From assembly GCF_014396165.1 (NCBI RefSeq), contig NZ_CP060715.1, positions 540,001 to 572,000 on the forward strand: DNA of 32,000 nucleotides, read 5' to 3'. Made by a program: the position numbers and the translations under genes. The notes beneath the pieces were generated by a model. That model had not been told where the DNA came from, did not search any database, and was given only the letters and a program-made list of their open reading frames with translations. Below are positions 1 through 10,900 of this stretch, one piece after another. Numbering within the stretch: position 1 is the stretch's first letter; the number at the start of each line of letters is the position of its first letter. The DNA is from Erysipelothrix inopinata (GTDB lineage Bacteria; Bacillota_I; Bacilli_A; Erysipelotrichales; Erysipelotrichaceae).

Positions 1-49
1 TCCATTATAAATAATTAAGCTCGCTTATTCAAATGATACACGCATGATT

Positions 50-598
50 TCAAACAAAACGATCAATGAAATCAGGAACAGTCGTGGAAGCATTTTCTTG
101 AATCTCCATTATCTCCGCACCATTCATATATGCAATGTCTCGAAGTTGGATTGCAATTTGAGTATAACGTGACGCTCCAATTACTAAGAATATATCTCCT
201 TCGCCTAATTGGCTTACTTTCTGAATTGCTTTGGAATAGTTTGGGGCAAGATCACCATAAAGTACTGGTTTATTATAGAGTTCATGAGCATATGCCATTT
301 CCTCATCCATAGGTAAACTACCATGGAGATGAAGCACACGTTTACTCCCTGCTTTTTCATGAAGTGAATCAACATTCATTGTGATAATATCTATGTCTGC
401 CTTTGCCAGTGCAATATGCGCTGCATTAGGTTTTGCTTCATCAACATCTTTTTTCATCGTTGCAACGACTTCGCAATATTTCTTAGGGTGGTTGATTGCA
501 AACTCTCGATGAAGACAATCTCGAACATCAGGACGATCCATAAAGGTATCAATTCCTGATTCTTTGCTTATCCCAGCTCCTGTAAATGCTAATATCAT
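50..598 (-). CDS. SIR2/sirtuin-family NAD-utilising enzyme, unusually short (182 aa) and lacking the Zn-ribbon cysteine pairs
   Basis: GAGISKESGIDTF near the N-terminus (sirtuin GAGIS-ESGIP-F NAD motif). MNVDSLH (QN-D-LH equivalent with Asn and Asp kept). HLHG catalytic His. LVIGAS late Rossmann strand. Only 17 aa lie between HLHG and PVLYGD, with no CxxC pairs. ATG at 598 is preceded by AGGAGGG, which overlaps the stop codon of the upstream ORF. Confidence 0.75.
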   Translation of the reverse strand: MILAFTGAGISKESGIDTFMDRPDVRDCLHREFAINHPKKYCEVVATMKKDVDEAKPNAAHIALAKADIDIITMNVDSLHEKAGSKRVLHLHGSLPMDEEMAYAHELYNKPVLYGDLAPNYSKAIQKVSQLGEGDIFLVIGASRYTQIAIQLRDIAYMNGAEIMEIQENASTTVPDFIDRFV

Positions 599-608
599 TC
601 AATCCCTC

Positions 609-1232
609 CTAATCCATAAAATGTACTTTTCTTTGAATTATTTCATAATCACTATTCAGCTTGTATTCAACTATCACTTCATAGGGATCTGCTTTGGAGT
701 CTAGAAATTCAAGACGAGACTCTACCAGCACTGCATCATCTTTATTTTGTACAAAAACACTTTGATTTGATAGTGGTAAGGTACTTTTTAATATCCAAGT
801 TGCTCCATACAGTTTTGCCTTCATTACAGCATCATCAGTTTCCGAAGCCAATGTAATCCATCCATTATCAGTTTTTCTCACATTCAGGCGTTGCTCTACT
901 GTAACGCACGTTCTAAATTTTGGAATATAGATAGCATCCTTAAATTTAAGAAAAGAGTCATTCATTGTTTCATCTTCTATCGTAGCTTTAACCTTTTTTT
1001 CTGCAACTGCAGCATCAACATTACATCTTCCAATACTTTCATTGAGTGTTCGTTGTGTTCGATAACTGTCATAAACTGGTAAAGAAAGAATCGTAATGAT
1101 TGCGACAATCACCAATCCATCTCTAATTTTACTAAAGTTCTTTTTTAATGTTTCAATCTCATAACGATCATTAATTAGTATCATTGCAAGATATATCGAT
1201 AGTGTGATCAATAATATTAATAGTATTTTCAT
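609..1232 (-). CDS. hypothetical membrane protein: two N-terminal TM helices plus a ~150-aa C-terminal domain of unknown family
   Basis: ATG at 1232 with AGGAG 6 nt upstream. Hydrophobic stretches ILLILLITLSIYLAMILI and LVIVAIITILSLPVY are separated by a K/R-rich loop. The stop lies 10 nt from the SIR2 start and inside its RBS, so the two are very likely co-transcribed. No recognisable catalytic motif. Confidence 0.6.
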   Translation of the reverse strand: MKILLILLITLSIYLAMILINDRYEIETLKKNFSKIRDGLVIVAIITILSLPVYDSYRTQRTLNESIGRCNVDAAVAEKKVKATIEDETMNDSFLKFKDAIYIPKFRTCVTVEQRLNVRKTDNGWITLASETDDAVMKAKLYGATWILKSTLPLSNQSVFVQNKDDAVLVESRLEFLDSKADPYEVIVEYKLNSDYEIIQRKVHFMD

Positions 1233-1258
1233 ATTGTTCTCCTATCTATCCTATATTT

Positions 1259-1287
1259 AGTGTATCTTGATTTATTTTACTTTGCAA
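1259..1287 (-). promoter_or_regulatory. candidate sigma-A promoter for the 2-TM/SIR2 pair
   Basis: On the minus strand: TTGCAA (1282-1287), a 17-nt spacer, then TACACT (1259-1264), about 25 nt upstream of the ATG at 1232. Confidence 0.3.
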
Positions 1288-1313
1288 CTTCCATAATTTC
1301 CTATAAATATAAT

Positions 1314-1388
1314 AAAACTCTACCCTTTTCGATGGGCTTCTGAGACGTTGGTGTTTATCAGAGAATCCACAGATATACGGTAGAGTTT
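1314..1388 (-). terminator. probable end-of-operon structure: 10-bp stem (AAACTCTACC / GGTAGAGTTT) enclosing ~54 nt, followed by a U-rich tract
   Basis: Arms at 1315-1324 and 1379-1388 are perfectly complementary. On the minus strand the 3' arm runs into TTTTATTATATTT. It lies just downstream of the lipoprotein stop (1437). The enclosed segment is much larger than a normal terminator loop. Confidence 0.35.
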
Positions 1389-1436
1389 AAAATTAATAAC
1401 GATTTCGTTTATTTCTTTTACTGATAGTTCAGTATT

Positions 1437-1958
1437 TTAATCATACCAGAGTTGTTCAACTGTGCCTTTTATAGCTTGTTGTTCATCAAGATTTAAGAGT
1501 CGTGATGATACTGAAACTCCGTTAAATATAGGAGATACTGTATTGATGTTACCATTTTTGACAACGTAGACAACAGGGAAAACATTCCGGAAATCAGAAT
1601 CAGAAATGTATTGTTCTGATAGCTTGTTGACCTTTTCTTTGTCCTTGTCTTTGTATGAATCACTTGATGTATCAACATACATGATATCGATCTTTTTATC
1701 TTCTGCAATTTCTTCTAAAATCTCCACATAGCTCAAGCTTGTGGGATTATCTGGGTTGGCAATGAAGTAGATGCCATCCTTCGCATCTTCAATCATATCC
1801 AAGACATCAGAATATTTTGATGTCTTGAAATGATTGTCTTCTTTAAAATCCTCATAAGCTTTCATGTCAGCGTCCTTAATGCGAACGCCACATGAAGCCA
1901 AAGTTGGGAGTAAAACGAATGTCATTAACATAATTAGAATACGTTTACGCATCTTCAT
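1437..1958 (-). CDS. lipoprotein, thioredoxin-like fold without the CxxC redox motif (173-aa precursor)
   Basis: The listed ORF begins at a TTG (1997). The internal ATG at 1958 gives MKMRKRILIMLMTFVLLPTLASC, a basic n-region, a hydrophobic core and the lipobox L-A-S-C. The pattern GIYFIANPDNPTSLSYVEIL ... MYVDTS ... FPVVYVVKNGN matches thioredoxin-family lipoprotein layout, but NPTS sits where CPYC is expected. The start overlaps the last 14 nt of the giant gene. Confidence 0.7.
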   Translation of the reverse strand: MKMRKRILIMLMTFVLLPTLASCGVRIKDADMKAYEDFKEDNHFKTSKYSDVLDMIEDAKDGIYFIANPDNPTSLSYVEILEEIAEDKKIDIMYVDTSSDSYKDKDKEKVNKLSEQYISDSDFRNVFPVVYVVKNGNINTVSPIFNGVSVSSRLLNLDEQQAIKGTVEQLWYD

Positions 1959-4900
1959 GTTTTTTCTTTCGTTCAATGATGACAACAATGATACCAAGAA
2001 GTGAAATCATTGTACCAGCAAGCAAGATTGATTGCGTTGCTTCGAGTCCTGTTCCTGGTAATTTTCCACCATTATTACCATTTCCATTACCGTTACCGTT
2101 GCCGTTTCCGTTGCCATCATCAGTTCCTGAATCTTTAATACTTAATGTGATTTCTTTAGAAATTGTTGAGACAGCTTGTTCATCTTCGGTTCCAGCAAAG
2201 AGTCCTTTAGTTCCTTGTTCTCTTGTAATGAACATTGAATCAATGTTCTTATCAAGGGAGATCTTGAATGAGTTACCATCTGCAACACTTGAAGGAGTTC
2301 CTTCTAAGAATCGAACAGTTACACCATCAAGTTTTTGACCTGTTTCGACTACGATGACTTCTGCATCGGAACGTTTGATAATTTCTCTTTCAAGAGTTCC
2401 TTTTTGTTTAGCATCGTTAAATTCTTTACTTGTCATTGTAATATCATTTCCGTCTACTTTGTATGTAGCGGTCACAATCATTGTAACTTCAACTGAAGTA
2501 CCGGATTTGAGTGAGAATTCAACAGTATGTTTACCAGGTTTTGTTGGAAGTTCTCCAACACTGATATCACTCATTGGGATTTCTTCATTAGGTGTTACGG
2601 ATAGGTCTACTCCAGATACGTTAGCGAGTTTCTTAACGTTGTCTGCATTGACTTTATCGATTGCGATTGTTAAGTCATTTGCGAAGATTGCATCTTTTCC
2701 TGGAACTACGGTTCCATTATTGTAGATTGTCGCTTTGACTGTAATCTTAGTACCTGCTTTAGTTGTGAATGTAATATCGTGTTCACCAACTGTTGTAGGT
2801 AATGTTGATACTGAAATATCTTTTAGATCAATTGGTGTTTCACTGTGATCTGCATTAATCTTGAATCCTTGTAAACCAGCTGCTGCTTTAACATTAGCTT
2901 CATTTACATCGGATAACTTCATTGAGAAGGCATTTGCATTAAGTGCTTCTTTAGTTTCTGGATTGATATGATCGTGAACATTTGCTTTTACTGTGTAATC
3001 AAGTGAACGATCTCCAGCAACTGCTTTGTAAGTTACTTTGTGAGTTCCAACAAGTGTTGGTAATGCTGTTTGAAGTTCAGGTGTTAGTGCTACCATGCCA
3101 TTATTAACAACATCACTCACATCGTATGCTTTAATTTCTGATAATTCAGCGAATTTTTCTTTTGACACTTGTTTGAGTTCAACTTCAAAGTTGTGACCTG
3201 AGAACGCAATCTTATTCACTGGATCAATTTCGTCAACAACGTTTGCAGTAACAGTAATTGTTGTACCTGCTTGTGTTGTGAATGTAATATCTGTTGCACC
3301 TACTTCTGTAGGAATTGGTGAAACAGAAATATCTGCATGTTCAATTGCTTCACGTTTTCCTTCACCTAAGAGTTTGTATGCTTCAAGTTTAGCACCTGTC
3401 TTCAAGTTAGCTTCATTAACTTCATCTAACTCAATAACAAAGTTTTGAGCGTTCATTGCTTCTTCGGTTACTGGGTCAATCGTATCGTATACATATGCAT
3501 TGATTGTGAACTCGGCATTACGTTCACCAACTGTAGCTTTGTAAGTTACTGGGTGTGTACCTGTAGTTGTTGGAAGTTCTGTTATAAGGACTGGCGTTAA
3601 GGATACCATTCCGTTATTGGCAACATCACTTGTATCATATGCTTTTACTTCTGAACGTGTTGCGAATTCTGCTGCACTGACATCTGCAAGTTCAATATCG
3701 AAGTCATGTCCACTAAATGCGATACCATCAATAATTTTATCTACAACGTTTGCAGTAACAGTAATTGTTGTACCTGCTTGTGTTGTGAATGTAATATCTG
3801 TTGCACCTACTTCTGTAGGAACTGGTGAAACTGTGATATCTGCATGTTCAATTTCTTCACGTTTTCCTTCACCTAAGAGTTTGTATGCTTCAAGTTTAGC
3901 ACCTGTCTTCAAGTTAGCTTCATCAACATCATCTAACTCGATAACGAAGTCTTGTGCACTCATTGCTTCTTCGGTTACTGGATCAATCTTGTCATAGACA
4001 TAGGCACTGATTGTGAACTCAGCATTACGTTCACCAACTGTAGCTTTATAAGTTACTGGGTGTGTACCTGTAGTTGTAGGAAGTTCTGTTGTAAGGACTG
4101 GTGTTAAGGCTACCATTCCGTTATTTGCAACATCACTTGCATCATATGCTTTCACTTCTGAACGTGTTGCGAATTCTGCTGCACTTACGTCTTCAAATTC
4201 AATGTCGAAGTTATGTCCACTAAATGCAATACCATTAATAATCTTATCAACAACATTTGCTGTAACAGTAATTGTTGTGCCTGCTGGTGTCGTGAATGTG
4301 ATTTGTGTTGGACCAACTTTAGTTGGAACTGGTGAAACAGTGATATCTGCATTTTCAATTTCTTCACGTTTTCCTTCACCTAAGAGTTTGTATGCTTCAA
4401 GTTTTGCGCCTGTCTTCAAGTTAGCTTCTGATACATTTCCTAACTCGATAACAAAGTCTTCAGCATTCATTGCTTCTTCGGTTACTGGATCAATCTTATC
4501 GTATACATTTGCTTCAACAGAGTAAGTTGAAACTCTTTCGCCTGCTGTAGCTTTGTATGTTACTTGATGTTTTCCTGTTGTAGTAGGAAGTTCAGTTGTA
4601 AGAACTGGTGTTAATTCAACCATTCCTGCTCCAGGTACATCACTTATATCGTATGCTTTCACTTCTGAACGTGTTGCGAATTCTGTTACGCTGACATCTT
4701 CAAGTTCAATATCGAAGTTATGTCCAGAGAATGCAATTTTATTCACTGGATCAATTGTATCTACAACATTTGCAGTTACTGTAATTTTTGTTCCTGCTGG
4801 TGTTGTGAATGTGATATCCATTTCGCCCACTTCTGTTGGAATTGGGGATACTGAGATATCTGCATTATCAATCTTAGTACGCTTACCTTCTCCAAGAAGT

Positions 4901-7900
4901 TTGTATGCTTCAAGTTTAGCTTCAGTCTTCAAGTTAGCTTCGTTAACATCATCTAACTCAATAACAAAGTCATATGCATTCATCGCTTCTTTTGTTTCTG
5001 GGTTAATTCCGATATAAACGTTAGCTTTAACTGTGAGTTCTGATGTACGTTCTCCTACAGTTGCCTTGTAGGTAACTGGATGAACTTGTGCTGTTGTTGG
5101 AAGTGGTGTTGTAAGGACTGGAGTTAAGGCTACCATTCCGTTATTTGCAACATCACTTACATCGTATGCTTTTACTTCTGAAAGTGTTGCGAATTGTTCT
5201 TCACTGACATCTTCAATTTCAATATCGAAGTCATGTCCTGAGAATGCAATCTTGGTTACTGGATCAATCTTATCAACAACGTTTGCAACTCGTGTAACGC
5301 TAACACCTTCTGGTGTTGTGAATGTCACATTGTGAGCTCCTGTAGTTGTAGGGAGTGTTGAAACAGTAACATCATCTATTGAAATTGGTGTTTCTACCAA
5401 GTCTTCATCTACTTCGTATGCTTCGACCTTAGCTGCCTTCTTAACATTTGTTTCATTAACATCTTCGAGTTCGATGACGAAATCAAATGCGTTGATAGCT
5501 TCTTTCTTATCTGGATTATATTCTGAGTAGATTGTAGCTTTACTTGTTGTTTGTAATTTGTCATGTTTGTAAGTAACAATTTTCTTACCTTCTGACAATG
5601 GGTAATCTGTTGTATTAACGGTTAAGTCTGGGCGTTCTGTAGCTGTAGCTGCGTCGAATACCATGGCTTTACCTTGAGCAACAACTTGTGCTTCTGTTTT
5701 TACATCATCAATTTTTGCTGCGAATGGTTTTGATGATAATCCGAGTCCTGTTTCAGGATCGTAGGAATCATATACATTTGCATTAATCTCAATGGAGATA
5801 TTGTCAAAGCCTGTACCAATAATGGTTACTTTTTGATTTTGACCTTCTTTTAATAATGTAATCTCTTCGTTGTCTTGAGCAAAGAGGATATTACTTTCGA
5901 AGATTTGCATTGGTTGTTTTGTGGACAATCTTGTAATCTTCACAGCAGATTCGTTAATTAATTTACGTTTTGTATTGACGTCAGCTACTTTAGCAACAAT
6001 TGGGCTTGCGTTAATTCCGTAGTCACCAACGATTTCGTCATAAACTGAAACTTTAATCACTTTAGAAATTGTATCTGCAGGGATAACTGTATCATTTGCT
6101 GTTGCTTTAACAGTAAGTTCGTATACAGTACTTGAACCACTTGTAAGAGCATTTAACTGATCGATGACAGCTTGATCAAATGCAGTGGTTGCTCCCATTG
6201 GGTGTGTTGCTGTGACATGTGCTAGATCAAGAAGTTTATCATGATCTAATGTCTTAGCAGTTTCGACATTAATACTAATTTCATTATCTGCCTTCAAGTT
6301 AATATTTGATTTAATAACTTCCATTTGAACAACGCGTGTTGTTCCTGCTTCAGTTGTTAGTGTTACTGGGTAGTTACCAACTGTTGTAGGTAATGGACTT
6401 GGTGCTAATACAGTTACGTTATGATCACGAACTGTTTCCCCTGGTTTAACGATTGTTACACGTGTTGCTTTTGATTTTTCAATGATTCTTTCATTTGAAA
6501 GCTCGCTAAGAGCAATCTTGAAGTTTTGTGCTTCAATACCTTCTGTTTGTGAAGGATCAAAGTCAACTACTGAACCATTAACTTCACGAGTAACGAGACG
6601 TGTACCATCAATCTTAGCTTCGAATTCAACGATACGATCGCCAACTTCTTTTTCGTTACCACGTTTAATGGTTACACTTGCATCACTAATTCTAACTGGT
6701 GCAGCTTCTGGTAATCTTTGAAGATCCCATCCACGAACTTCAGCAGCATTCTTCATGTTTTGATCCGTAACATTATCAAGTCTGATGTTAAAGTCATGTG
6801 CATTGATGGCAAGTTTTCCATAACTGTCTACTTGATTATAGACAAATACTTTTGTAACTTGTGATGTTGAGTCACTTGAATTTGTTGCTTTAGCATTGAT
6901 TGTGACATTAATTCCTGCTTCATTTGGAGCAGTTAATGCTTTAAGTTGATCAAGTTTGCCAGCTTCCATCGTAATTGTGACTGAGTCACCTGATAATGTT
7001 GCTGTTGCATGTGCTAGATCAAGGAAATCTGATTCAGTAAGAGTTGCTAAGTCTTCAAGAGCGATAGCAATATTCTTATCTGCAGTTAGTTTAATATTTG
7101 AGTTAACAACAATTGCATTTGATTTGAAGATTGCACTTTCACTACCAAGTGTTGCTGTAAACTCAATTGGATGTGTTCCAGCTGTTGTAGGTAATGTAGT
7201 TGGTTTTGTAACTTTAATGTTTTCTTGGTCGATTTGAACAATATCGTTAATATCTGTAAGATCCCATGCTGTTACTTGTGAACCACTCATTAAGTTTTCT
7301 TCTGTTACGTTGTTTTTCGCAATTGTAAACTCAGGAAGTCCATTCATACCAATCTTACCGATAATTGTGTTATAGATATGACCTTTAACAGTAGTCTTAG
7401 CTTCACGGTTTCCAGTTTTCGCTGTAAATGTTACAGGACGAGTTCCTGCTACCTGATTAAGAGCAGCATCATTAATTGTAATTGCTGATGAAGGAATTGC
7501 TTCAATATCCCCATTAGGAAGTTTACTGAAGTCGAGTGCCTTCACTTTTGATGCAGTAATGAAATTATCGCGGTTTACATCTGCTGTTGCTAATGTAAAG
7601 TCTTCGGCATTGATACCAATCTTATTAACTGGATCAATTTTATCCACGATATATACGTCAACACTCTTAGGTGTTGCAATATCTCCGGTTACTGAATCTT
7701 TAGCTGTAACTGTGATTGTGATTGGTGTATCTTGACCTTTAGTTACTGCTTTAATTGTATCAACATCTGCATCACTAACGGTAGGTAAAATTGCGCGACC
7801 ATTAATAGTTGCAGTTGCATGAGCTTTACCAACTAAGTCTGTTGATGATGTAGCTTGAGCATCTGCGACACTCATAATTATTGCTTTATCAGCATTCAGT

Positions 7901-10900
7901 TCAATTTCTGTTGTGACAACATTAATTTTCTTAGCTGTAGTTACGCCTGTTTCTTTGAGTTTGTAATTAATAACTTGATTATCACCGACTACTGTTGGTA
8001 GAGGTGATGCTTCAAATTTGGTAATATCTGTAATTTCTTTACGTACGTCACCGGTATAAATATAACCCTTAACGCTCGCAAGTTTTAAGATATTTTCTTC
8101 AGATATCGCATTCAATCCAATTGTTATTAAATCTTTAGCAATAATACCTGATTCAGTTTCTGGATTATAACTATCATAAATGTCAGCTTTAACTGCTTTA
8201 CTTAATCCTGATCCAGAAATAGTTACGTCTTGATCTAATCCTGCGTTTAGTTTTGTTGGAGTAGAAGTTAATGCTGATGTTTGAGCAATGTTTTCTTCTC
8301 CGGTTAGGACGTTATAGACTTTACCACCAGCTTTTTGCACAATCTTCGATGCTGTATTTACATCTTCAACTTGAGCAACAATCTTATTAGCAATGAGTCC
8401 ATATTGTCCATTAGATTTGTCATAGATATTAACAGAAACCGTTTCTTTAACCTCTGGTTTATCTGCATATGCAAATGTCACTTGTTGTTTAACACCTGTA
8501 TCAAGTTTTGTAACTTCAGTTTCGCCTAACAATACTTTAATTGTAGGATTGTTAATTTCTACTGGGTCAACTTTAGGATCTCTAGCATCAAAGATCTTGA
8601 CGCCACCTTTACTAATGATATTTGAAGCTGTCTGAACTTCATCCACATTTGCAGAGAATCCTTGAGCTAAGATTGCATAACCATCAATAATTTTGTTGAA
8701 TACGTTACCTTTTACATCTCTTGTTAAGAGTCCAAGTGTATTTCCAGTTGCTCTATCTTTAATGCTAAATTGAACATTTTGATTTTGACCTACTGGAAGT
8801 GATGACTTATTAGATACGACTTCATATTTAGTTGGTGATAGAAGTACATCTTCACCTGCTTTTGTATCATAAACTTTCACATTACCTTTAGCGATAATTC
8901 CCGCTGCGGTTTGAACTTCTGATAGTTCTGCGTTAAAGTTTGAAGCATTTGATGCCCATCCTGTTGTAGGATCGATAACATCGAAATGTTTAACTTTAAT
9001 GATTACATTAATCTTATCTGATTTATTACCACTCTTATCAGTGATATAAACTTGAATAGTATATTCACCCTCTGCTTCGTAATTTACAGTAGTGTAATTA
9101 TCTGATTGTAATTTCATTGAAGCTGGAGTTGATTGGTTATCATTGTCAGATTTAGTAATTGTTCCGAAAATTCCTGATGCTTCAAGTTGTTCTAATGTTG
9201 GTTTTGTTGGGTTAACACGTGTTGTGTTATAAACAACTTTTTTGTTTTCAATATCCAATTTAGGTTTTTCAGTATCGTCAATCTTGTAAACAACAGATTT
9301 AACGTCTGAGACTTTTCCTTGAGCATCTTTTACAGTAATTTTAATGATGTATCCATCTTTTTTAATTGCTGTAATATCTACATTTTCCATTCCTGTTAAT
9401 GTGAATGCTGATTCATCAGTAATTGCTTCACCGTATGTATCTTTACCTGTTACACCAAAGTCAGCAAGAACTTTTGATTTCGTAATCTTATTAGCAGTGT
9501 CAATTGCATTCACAACATTTAATGTAATTTCATCTTTTGTTGTTTCAACAACTGGTTTATTTGTAGATTTAGGATTGATTGTTACTTTTGTAGGTACGAG
9601 TGTTGATTGTTCGTTTGTAGTTTCGAACTTAACTGTATACGGAATCTTGTTTGCTACGTCAGCTGGTTTTTCTCCAACCATTTGTGTAGCAGATTCTGCG
9701 CCAGTTCTTCTGTCGTATCCCTTAACAGCTGCATCAGCCATAATTTGTGCTGGTGTTTTACCTGTAATAACACCTTGTTCATAACTAATGTCATTACTTG
9801 CAACTACATAGTTGTTTCCAACCACAAGGTTATCTTTATCAAGAACATGGATTTTTTGTTTAACAGGTCCACCCGTTACACCAGTAATCATAATATTTAC
9901 ATCATAATTCCCAGGTGTTTTTGTAACACTGTATGGATCAGCAATATAGACATCAGATGTCTTATCTGCTCCAGTAATAACATGTTTTGCCGTTACTGAG
10001 ATAGCATCTTTAGCACTATTCTTAGTAAATGTTCCTTTTTCAACTGCTTTACTTGTTGTGTATCCGTGTTTACTCATAACATAGTAATCACCGATTTTTT
10101 CAACTGTACCATCATATACGCTAGCCACTAGAGTAGTAAATTCTGCTGTTTGACCATTTAAATCAGGAGTAATCTTGATTGTATAGTCTTTCGCAACTTT
10201 AGAGTAATCTCCTAAGTCAAGTCTTACAGGTACTTCATTCTTAGTTTGGATACTCCAAGCTTTTACTTCACCTTTTGTCTTAACTTGATTTGTTTTTGCT
10301 GCTGTATCTGTAGGTACATCTGCATTTGAAATTGTATAGTTTACACGTTGAATATAGAAGTTATCTGTCTTAATGATTGTGTCATCTTTTACAGCTACGA
10401 GACGTTCTGCAGAAGCTTTACCGCCATCTGTAGTTACTTCGTATTTAACCTTATACATTCCAGCTTTAGCCATATTGACTGTAGTTGTTTCATTTGTACC
10501 AGCTTTATATGTTGTGACTTTTACGCGTGAGTCAGTAATTGGAATAATTTCTGAACCACGTTGAATTACAACACCATCTGCTGGATCATAGTTATCATTA
10601 ACATTAAGATCTAATGATTCCTTACCAGTAATAAATGTAACTGTAGGTTCATCATTCTTAGCAACAGTAATTTTAAATTTACTTTCAATAACGTTATCAA
10701 AATCATCTTTAGTTGTAACTACTAAGTTTGTAATACCAGCTTTAACACCAGTAACTGTTCCATCTGAAGAGACTGTCGCAAGTGATTGATCTTCAACACG
10801 ATATGTTGGATAACCTGTTTGTTGTAGTTTTTCTGCATAATTTGCATCACTAAAGCTTGGAATAAATTTGTATTCTGTTCCAGGTGTCTGTTCATTCTTT

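Noticed and set aside
1-49. TAAGC-GA-GCTTA mini-palindrome after the SIR2 stop, considered as a terminator.
   Set aside because: A 5-bp stem with a 2-nt loop is sterically implausible, and the window ends here, so the real 3' end cannot be judged.
130-312. Small overlapping or antisense ORFs: 130-312(+), 891-1082(+), 1493-1708(-), 15392-15586(+), 20171-20353(-), 20901-21134(-), 21857-22093(-), 22238-22498(-), 23420-23653(+), 26378-26560(+), 27177-27365(-), 27406-27588(-), 28791-29066(+), 30107-30367(+).
   Set aside because: Each lies wholly within a longer ORF that has clear family motifs. They lack RBSs and give low-complexity or Cys/Phe/Ile-rich translations typical of off-frame AT-rich sequence.
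2725-5530. A regularly spaced repeat array that could superficially suggest a CRISPR or other non-coding array.
   Set aside because: The units are ~510 bp, contiguous without spacers, multiples of three in length, and lie inside one continuous ORF. They are coding domain repeats.
6454-6469. TGTTACACGTGTTGCT (parS-like left half plus CACGTG core) inside the giant gene. Similar half-sites TGTTTCACC occur in the repeat units (about 3311 and 4321).
   Set aside because: The right half-site is absent, and the half-sites in the repeats are by-products of the coding repeat. I found no full palindromic parS anywhere in the window.
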